NCBI RefSeq assembly: GCF_009914755.1
Contig: NC_060947.1
DNA: 64,000 nt
Strand: one strand, 5' to 3'
From: the human T2T-CHM13v2.0 reference genome, Homo sapiens
The position numbers and the translations under genes were made by a program. The notes under the pieces were generated by a model. That model worked only from the letters and a program-made list of their open reading frames with translations. It searched no databases and had not been told where the DNA came from. Below are positions 54,661 through 64,000 of the stretch, piece after piece (position 1 is the stretch's first letter; every line of letters starts with the position of its first letter).

Positions 54661-55874
54661 ATTTATCTAGGTGGCAGGAGGGACTAACAAACTTCAGAGA
54701 ATAGCTTTCATCTTTTTAAATGGAGAAACAATATTTATATATAATACACTGTTTTTATTATATATTTGCTACTCTGCTATCTAGCGTTTGAATTAATTTT
54801 TTCTATCTAAATATATGGTTGTACTCATTGTAGCCAACCTCTCTTCATACCCCGCTCCCACCCTAATACCCTTCTCAGCTTCTGGTATCCATCATTTTTC
54901 TCTCCACCTCCATGAAATCAACTTTTATATCTCCCACATATGTGTGAGAATATGTGATATTTGTCCTTCTTTGCTGGGATAGTTTCACTAAACATAGTTA
55001 CCTCCAATTCCATCCATGTTGTGGTAAATAAGATAATTTTATTCTTTCTTTGTGGCCAAATAGTATTCAATTGTGTATTATAGCACATTTTCTTTATCCA
55101 TTTATCTGGTGAGGGACACTTAGGTTGATTCCCAATCTTTGCTATTCTGAACGGTGCTGCAAAAAACATGTGAGTTGTAGTTATTTGTTTGGTATACTGA
55201 TTTATTTTTTTCGGATAAATACCTAGTAGTGGCATTCCTGGATAATATGATAGTTCCAGTTTTAGTTTTGTGAGAAATATCCATACTGTTTTCCATAGTA
55301 GCTGTACTAATTTATATTCCCACTAACAGTATATGAGTTCCCTTTTCTCCGCATCCTTGCCAGCGTCTGTTATTTGTTATCTATTTAATAATAACCATTC
55401 TAACTGGGGTAAGAAGGTATCTCATTGTGGTTTTGATTTGCCTACTTTGTGATGTTGAACATTTTTTTCATATATCTGTGGGCTATTTTTACGTCTTCCT
55501 TTGAGAAGTGTCTACTCATGCACTTTGCCCACTTTTAACATGATATTTATTATTATTTACTGTGGACTTATTTGAGTTCCTTGTATATTCTGGATATTAA
55601 TCTCTTGCTGGATGAATAGTTTGCAGGTGTTTTCTCCCATTCAACAGGCTGTCTCTTTACTTTGTTTATTGTTTCCTTTGCTGTGCAAAAAGCCTTTTAG
55701 TTTAGTAGAGTCCTATTTGTCTAGTTTTGTTTTTTATCATGTGTGCTTTAGAGGTTTTAGCCATAAAATCGTTGCCTAAATCAAAGCATACCTGAAACAT
55801 TTCCCCTATGTTTTCTTCTAGTAGTTTTATAGTTTCAGGTCTTACATTAAAGGCTTTAATCCGTCTTGACCTAA

Positions 55875-56177
<303 letters not shown>

Positions 56178-57417
56178 GACCTGATTTTTTTTATATGGTG
56201 AGAGATTTGGGCCTGGTTCCTTTCTCCTTCATAAGGATATCCTATTTTCCCAGCACCATTTATTGAAGAGGATGTCCTTACCCCAATGTATATTCTTGGT
56301 GCCTTTGTGAAAAATCAGTTGGCTATAAATGGGTGGATTTATTTTTGGATTCTCTATTCTGTTCCAGTGGTCTTTGTGTCTAATTTTTATACCAAATACC
56401 ATGCTGTTTTGGCTACTATAGCCTTGTAATATATTTTGAAGTCAGATAGTGTGGTGCCTCCATGTTCATTCTTTTTGCTCAGGAATCCTTTGGCTATTTG
56501 GGCTCTTTTTGATTCCATACGAATTTTAGAATTGCTATTCTACTTCCATGAAAAGTGATATTGGTATTTCAATAGAGATTGCATTGAATCTGTAGATTGC
56601 TTTGGGCATTATGGTAATTTTAATATTAATTCTTCTGATCCATGAGAACATGATGTCTTTTCATTTTTTTGTGTCCTCTTCAATTTCTCTCATCAGAGTT
56701 TTGTAGTTTTTCTTCTAGAGATCTTTCACCCCTTAGGTTAAATTTACTCCTAGGTTTTTTTTTTTTTTTATTTTTGTAGCTATTGCAAATGGGATTGCCT
56801 TGTTGATTTCTTTCTCAGCTACTTCTTTATTGTATAGAAATGCTACTTATTTTTGCATGCTAATTTTTATCCTGCAAATTTACTTAATTTATGTATTAGA
56901 TCTAAGATTTTTTGGTGAAATCTTTAGGTTTTTTGGATATAAGATTATGTCATCTGCAAACAGGGATAATTTAACTCCTTCCTTTTCAATTTGGATGACT
57001 TTTATTTCTTTCTTTTATGTAATTGCTCTGGCTAGGATTACCAGTACCATGTTGAATAGACATGCTGAAAGTGGGCATCCTCATCTTATTCCAGCTCATA
57101 GAGGAAAGGCTTTCAACTTTTGCAATCAGTATGATGTTAGTTGTGGGTTTGTCATATATGACCTTTATTATGTTGAGTTATGCTACTTTTATACCTTTTT
57201 TAAGAGTATTTATTATTATTAAAAGACAGTGAATTTTATCAAATATTTTTTCTGCTATTGAGATGATCATATTTTTTATCCTCATTCTGTTGATGTATTA
57301 TGTTTACTGATTTGTGTATGTTGAACTATCGTTACATACCTGCAATAAATCTGACTTGATCATGTATTTTTTGATTTTCTGTTTGATTCTGTTTGCTAGT
57401 ATTTTGTTTAGAATTTT

Positions 57418-57561
57418 ATTTTTTAATTTTTAAGTATTATGGATATATAATAGTTGTACATATATATGAGCTAAATATGATATTTTGATACAAACATTCT
57501 GCACCCCTATGTTGATTGTAGCACTATTCATAAGAGCCAAGATGTGGAATCCACCTTGTGA
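57418..57561 (-). mobile_element. Tiny 5'-inverted L1 insertion
   Basis: About 78 bp of antisense 3' end joined to sense ORF2 C-terminal sequence. TSD tgtt(t/g)agaatttt at 57405-57417 and 57562-57574. Confidence 0.75.
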
Positions 57562-57814
57562 TGTTGAGAATTTTTGTGCCTATGTTCATCTGAGATACTG
57601 GCCTGTAGTTTTCTTTTTTTGTTGCATACTTGTCTGGTTTTGGTATCAGGCTAATGCTGGCTTTGTAGAATGAGTTAGGGAGAATTTCTTCCAATTTAAT
57701 TTCTTGAAATAGTTTGAAAAGAATTGGTGTTAATCTTTGGAAAGTTTTATAGAATTCAGCTGTGAAGCCATCTGGTCCTGGACTTTTTTTCTTACTATGC
57801 TTTTTATTACTAAT

Positions 57815-58201
57815 TGATATGGTTTGGCTCTGTGTTCCCACCCAAATCTCATCTTGAATTGTAATTCCCATGTGTTGGAGAAGATGCCTGGTGGGAGGTG
57901 AATGAATCATAGGGGTGGACTTCTCCCTTGCTATTCTCATAATGGCGTATGAGTTCTCACAAGATCTAGTTGTTTAAAAGTGTGTAGCATTTCCCCCTTC
58001 ACTTTCTCCTCCTCCTGCTCCAGCCACGTAGGACGTGCTGCTTCCTCTTAGCCTTCCACCATGATTGTAAGTTTCCTGAGCCCTGCCCGAGCCATGCTTC
58101 CTGTACAGCCTGCAGAACCATAAGCCAATTTAACCTCTTTTCTTTATAAATCATCCAGCCTCAGGTTGTTCTTTATAGCAGTGTGAGAATTTACTAATAC
58201 A
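57815..58201 (+). mobile_element. MaLR solo LTR (THE1D/MSTA-like)
   Basis: tgatatggtttggctctgtg...actaataca with perfect 5-bp TSD ctaat (57810-57814, 58202-58206). Confidence 0.92.
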
Positions 58202-59044
58202 CTAATTCAAACTCATTATTCATTATGGGTCTGTTCAGCTTTTCTATTTCTTTCTGATTCAATTTTGGTAGGCTGTATGTGTCTATAAATTTTTCTATTT
58301 TCTCTAGGTTTTTCAGTTTGTTAGTGTGTAGTTGTTCTTAAGCATCTCTGATAATATTTTATATTTCTACATTCTTAATGTTAATATGTCATTTCTCACT
58401 TTTATTTTGTTTCTTCGGGTCTTCTCTCTTTTGTTCCTGGTTAATGTAGCAAGTGGTTTATCAATTTTATCATTTCAAAAAACCAACTATGTGTTTTGTT
58501 GATTTGGTTTAGTTCTCCTCTGTTCTTTGCTATTTTTTTCTGGTAATTTGGGGTTTGGTTTGTTCTTGCTTCTGTAGTTCCTTGAGGTGTATCAATTAAT
58601 TGTTTATTTGAAATCTTTCTGCTTTTGGATAAATATGTTTATTGCTATAACTTCTCTCTTAGCACTGCATTTGCTGTATCACACAGGTTTTGGTATGTTG
58701 TGTTTCAATTTTCATTTGTTTCAAGATATTTTAAAATTTCCTCCTTAATTTCTTTCTCGACCCAATTGACATTCAGGAGCATGTTGTTTCATTTCCCTGT
58801 ATTTATTCAGTTTCCAAAAAGTTCATTTTATTATTTATTTTCAGTTTTAATCCATTGTGGTTTGAGAAGATACTTTATATGATTTTGATTTTTAAAAATT
58901 TGTTGAGACTTATTTTGTCTTCTAATATATAATCTGTCCTTTGAAATGTTTAATGTGCTGATGAGAAGAATATGCATTCTGTAATTGTTGGATAAAATGT
59001 TCTGTAAATGTCTGTTAGGTCTATTTGGTCTAACCTGCAGCTTA

Positions 59045-59418
59045 TTTTATAATTTATAATTTTTGTGAGTACATAGTAGGTACATATATTTATGAAGCAC
59101 ATGAGATATTTTGATACAGGCATGAAATGCATAATAATCACATGATACTATATGGGGTACCCATAACCTCAAACATTTATCCTTTGTATTACAAACAATC
59201 CACTCATATTCTTTTAGTTATTTTTAAATGTACAATTAATTTATTATTTACTCTAGTCACCCTTTTGTGCCATCAAATGCTAGGTCTTATTCTTTCTATT
59301 TTATTGTACCCATTAAACATGCCCATTTCCCCCATTCCCATGCCCAGACTGTGGTAGACGTCCTTCTCCTGTCTCTATCTATGAGTTCAGTTATCTTAAA
59401 TTTTACCTCCCACGAATA
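59045..59418 (-). mobile_element. L1MA-like 3' end nested in L1
   Basis: aatttttgtgagtacatagtaggtacatatatttatg...tttgatacaggcatg terminus; host L1 resumes afterwards. Confidence 0.75.
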
Positions 59419-61295
59419 TACTGTGCGGTTTAAATCCAATATTTATTTGTTCATTTTCTGTCTAGGTGATCTGTCTAAGGCTGATTGTGGGTTGCTGAAA
59501 TCCCTTACTCTTATTGTATTGAAGACTATCTCTGTCTTTAGATATAATATTTGCTTTACATATCTGGGTTCTCTGGTATTGGTTGCATATATGCTTAGAA
59601 TTTTTAAACATGTTTGCTGAACTTATCCCTTTTTCATTATATATTTACCTTATTTGTCTCTCTCTGTTCTCTCTTTGTTGCTTTTGACTTAAAGTCTGTT
59701 TTATCTAAGTATAGCTACTCCTACTTGCTTTTGGTTTTCATCTGCATAGAATATCTTTTTCCATCACTTTACTTTTAGTCTGTGTATGTGTTTACAGGTG
59801 AGATGAGTTTCTCATAGGCAGCATATAGTTGTTGTTGTTTGTTTTTTTTTTTTTTAAAAATCCATTCAGCTAGTCTATATCTTTTAAGTGAAAAGTTGAA
59901 TTCATTTACATTCAAGGTTATTATTGATGTGTGAAGGCTTATTCCTTGCCTTTCATTTATTGATTTCTGGTTGATGGTATACTTTTTATTCCTTTATTTT
60001 TCTCTTACAGATATCATTGTGATTTGGTGAATTTCTGCAGTGGTAACATTTGAGTGTTTTCCTTGCTTTTGCACTAGCTCTACCAGTGTATTTTGTAGTT
60101 TTGTGTGTTTTCATAATGGTAGATATTCTTCATTCACTTCTGGATGGAGGTCTCCCTTGAGCATTTGTTGTCGGGACAGTATAGTGCCAGTTAATTCCCT
60201 CAACTCTTGTTTAGCTGGGAAAAAATTATTTCTTCTTAATATATGAAGTATAACTTTGCTGAGTATAGTATCCTTGAATGGCATTATTTTTCTTTTAGCA
60301 CTTTGAGTATATCATTTCATTTAATCCTGCCTTGTAAGCTTTTCCATAAGAAGTCATTAGGGTTCCATTATAAGTGACTAGACACTATTCTCCTTCTGTT
60401 TTTAGAATTTTATCATTGCTTATGACTTTTGACAGTTTGATGTAATGTGCCATGGAGAACACATTTATGTCTTACATGTATTTGGAGGTCTTTGAGCTTC
60501 CTATATCTGTGTGCGCAAGTCTCTTGCTACGCTTGGGAAGTTTTCATCTATTATTTAATAAAATAGGTTTTCTAACCCTTTGCTTTTCTCTTTGCCTTCT
60601 GGGACATTGAAAATTTGAATATTTGATCATTTTATCATTTCCCATATGCCATATATGCTTTGCTCATACTTTTTCAATTCTTTTTTCTTTATTTTTGTTT
60701 GACTGTGTTATTTCAAAATACCTGTCTTCAAGCTCTGAGATTCTTTGTTCTGCTGTAGTCAGTTCATTATTGAAACTTTCAGATGTGTTTTCTATTTCAT
60801 TCAATGAATTATTCGGTTCCAAAATTACTGTTAGATTTTTTAATCATGTCTATATTTTTGGCAAGTTCCTCTCTCATATTCTGAATTGCTTTTCTGATTT
60901 CTTTGTATTTTTTCCAGTATTCCGTTGTATCTCACTGAGCTTCTTTAATATCGATATTTTAAAATATTTTTCCAGGATTTCATAAATTTCTTTTTTATTT
61001 GGATCTGTTGCTTAAGAATTATTTTGTTCCTTTGGAGGTGTCATGTATCTTTGCTTTTTCCTCTGTCCTTTTTTTTTTTCCTGTGTCCTTAGGTTGATAG
61101 CTGCACATTTGGTGTGAAAGTTGTTTCTTCCAATTTTTTGCTTTAAATTTGCTTTCTTAATGGAGGACTTTTTCCTAAAGATGTTTTTTGGTAATGGTTT
61201 GGTAGCGTACTTTGGCTCTGATTTTGGATGCATGCAGTAGTGTAGTTTCTGTGTGATTTTTTTATCAACTGTAAATGGCATCAGCAATATTATTT

Positions 61296-61973
61296 CTTTT
61301 TGCTTTGTTTTTTAATTTTTTATTTTACTTTAAGTTCTGGGATACATGTGCTGAACGTGCAGGTTTGTTACATAGGTATACATGTGCCATGGTGGTTTGC
61401 TGCACCTATCAACCCATCATCTAGGTTTTAAGCCCTGCATGCATTAGGTATTTGTCCTAATGCTCTCCCTCCCCTTTCCCCCCATCCCTGACAGGCCCCA
61501 GTGTGTGATGTTCCCCTCCCTGTGTCCATGTGTTCTCATTGTTCAATTCCCACTTATGAGTGAGAACATGCGGTGTTTGGTTTTCTGTTCCTGGGTTAGT
61601 TTGCTGAGGACGATGGTTTCCAGCTTCATCCATGCCCCTACAAAGGACATGAACTCATTTTTTTAAGTGTGGAAACAACAGATGCTGGCAAGGATTCAGA
61701 GAAATAGGGATGCTTTTACCTTGTTGATGGGAGTGCAAATTAGTTCAACCATTGTGGAAGTCAGTGTGGCGATTCCTCAAGGATCTAGAACCAGAGATAC
61801 CATTTGACCCAGCAATCCCATTACTGGGTATATACCCAAAGGATTATAAGTCATTCAACTGTACAGACCCATGTACATGTATGTTTATTGCAGCACTATT
61901 TACAATAGCAAAGACTTGGAACCAACCCAAGTGCCCATCAATTATAGACTGGATAAAGAAAATCCGGCATATA
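61296..61973 (-). mobile_element. L1PA (about L1PA7) insertion with 5' inversion
   Basis: Antisense 3' end to 61664 joined to sense ORF2 C-terminus (WKSVWRFLKDLEPEIPFDPAIPLLGIYPKDYKS...WNQPKCP); diverged TSD caa(c)tattattt. Confidence 0.9.
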
Positions 61974-62927
61974 AACAACTATTATTTTATTGGTGGCTTG
62001 GGGTGTGGTTGTTAGTGGAGGCTGTGGCGAACTTTTTCTGAAGAGTAGGATACCAAATGAGCAAGTCTTTGAGCCCCAGTGTTGGCAGGAGTGAGTCATG
62101 AATGCCTGTTTTGGGCTCCAGTGTGGCATACACTGGCACCATGATAGTGGGTCTAAAAAGGCTGATTCTTGGGCCTCCACGTGGCTTGCTTAGATGCTAG
62201 GACTAGAATCAGTGGGCTGGGTGGGTGGGTAATTCAGTTCTTTAGTCCCTAGGCAGTGGTCATTGCACGGTCTGGTCTATTCGAGGGGTGATTATCTACC
62301 CACTATTTTGGTTCCTCTCCATGAAAGAGACAAGTACCAGATGCGTCCAGTCAGCCATCTTGAAGCCTTTCAAGAAATTACTTTTAAAGGACTTTGTGTT
62401 TGGACTCATACTTGTTAAAGGTCAAAAGAGATCAACAAACAAATAAAAAAAGATTCAAACAATCATAGACATTTAACTGCAAATACATCGAAAGGGAGGA
62501 GTGCCTAGGTCAGTTCATTAACTTCCTGCAACAGCTCTCTCAAGTTATTCCCTAAAAAATCACTTAGACTAGTGAAAAAAAAATCTGAAAGACCTTATTA
62601 TCTCTAATCTGGTATCCACAAGCAGTAATTTTCAAATAATTAGAGCTTTTTGTATAAATTCTTATAATCTTCTGCTCATTAATGGGCATGGAAATGAGGA
62701 GAGAAAGGCAATTTTATTCCCCACCCCACCATATTCTCTCTTTAGAGCTTTCCATATGGAAGATATTTTACTAGTCTCTGGAATCAGGCATCCAGCTCCT
62801 AGATAATTGGGAAAATTAGGTATTGAGTATTTTTCTTGATAATGAGTAGAAAGATTAGAGATCCATCTGCATGTTGCTAATTCAGAGTAACAAAGGCACA
62901 ATCTTTGTTAAGATGTCAACACTCCAC

Positions 62928-63387
62928 TTTTTAATTTTTTTAATTTAATTTTTCATTTGTAATTTTTATGGGTACATAGTAGGCATATATATTTATGAGT
63001 ACATGAGATGTTTTCATACAGACATGCAATGTGAAATAAGCACATGATGGAATATGAGATATCCATCCCCTCAATCATTTATCTTTTGCATTAAAAACAA
63101 TCCAATTAAATTCTTTATTTTAAAATGTACAATTGCATTATTATTGACTATAGTCACCCTGTTGTGCTATCAAATAGTAGGTCTTATTCCTTCTATTTTT
63201 TGTACGCATTAACCATCCCCACATCACCCCCAATACCCCCTACCATTCCCAGCTTCTGGTAACCATTATTTCACTCTCTATGTACATGAGCACAGTTGTT
63301 TTTGATTTTTAGATTCCACAAATAAGTGAGAACATGTGACGTTGCTTTCTGTGCCTGGCTTATTTCACTTAACATAATGATCTCCAA
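62928..63387 (-). mobile_element. L1MA-like 3' end
   Basis: aatttttatgggtacatagtaggcatatatatttatg...ctgtgcctggcttatttcacttaacataatgatctcca. Confidence 0.8.
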
Positions 63388-63429
63388 ATCTTGATGATGC
63401 CTGAAAGCTAATGTATTTCACCCCTAGCA

Positions 63430-64000
<571 letters not shown>

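Overview
Primate (human-like), AT-rich, LINE-1-dense genomic DNA. The window lies inside the + strand gene DACH2 (Dachshund family transcription factor 2, X-linked in human). It is identified from two GT-AG internal coding exons, 14824-14996 and 40030-40165, that splice in frame. None of the supplied ORFs is an independent gene; they are LINE-1, Alu, MaLR or Tigger remnants or chance frames. The main observation is a third, 84-nt phase-symmetric exon at 42926-43009. It encodes (V)MMPNNREELIVDQDNGLTIKKFQKDN and then TAA, where my recollection of mouse Dach2 has Lys, so a coding cassette appears to have become a truncating/poison exon. That exon is bracketed by a ~160-bp direct repeat. A second local 232-bp templated duplication sits in a TA-rich scar inside an L1. 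The rest is nested transposons (full-length THE1C and MST proviruses, near full-length Tigger1, two long old L1s, four 5'-inverted L1s, Alus, MIR, MER) around repeat-poor islands with enhancer-like motifs. Repeat boundaries and subfamilies were assigned by eye and are approximate. I found no evidence for a novel multi-gene system.
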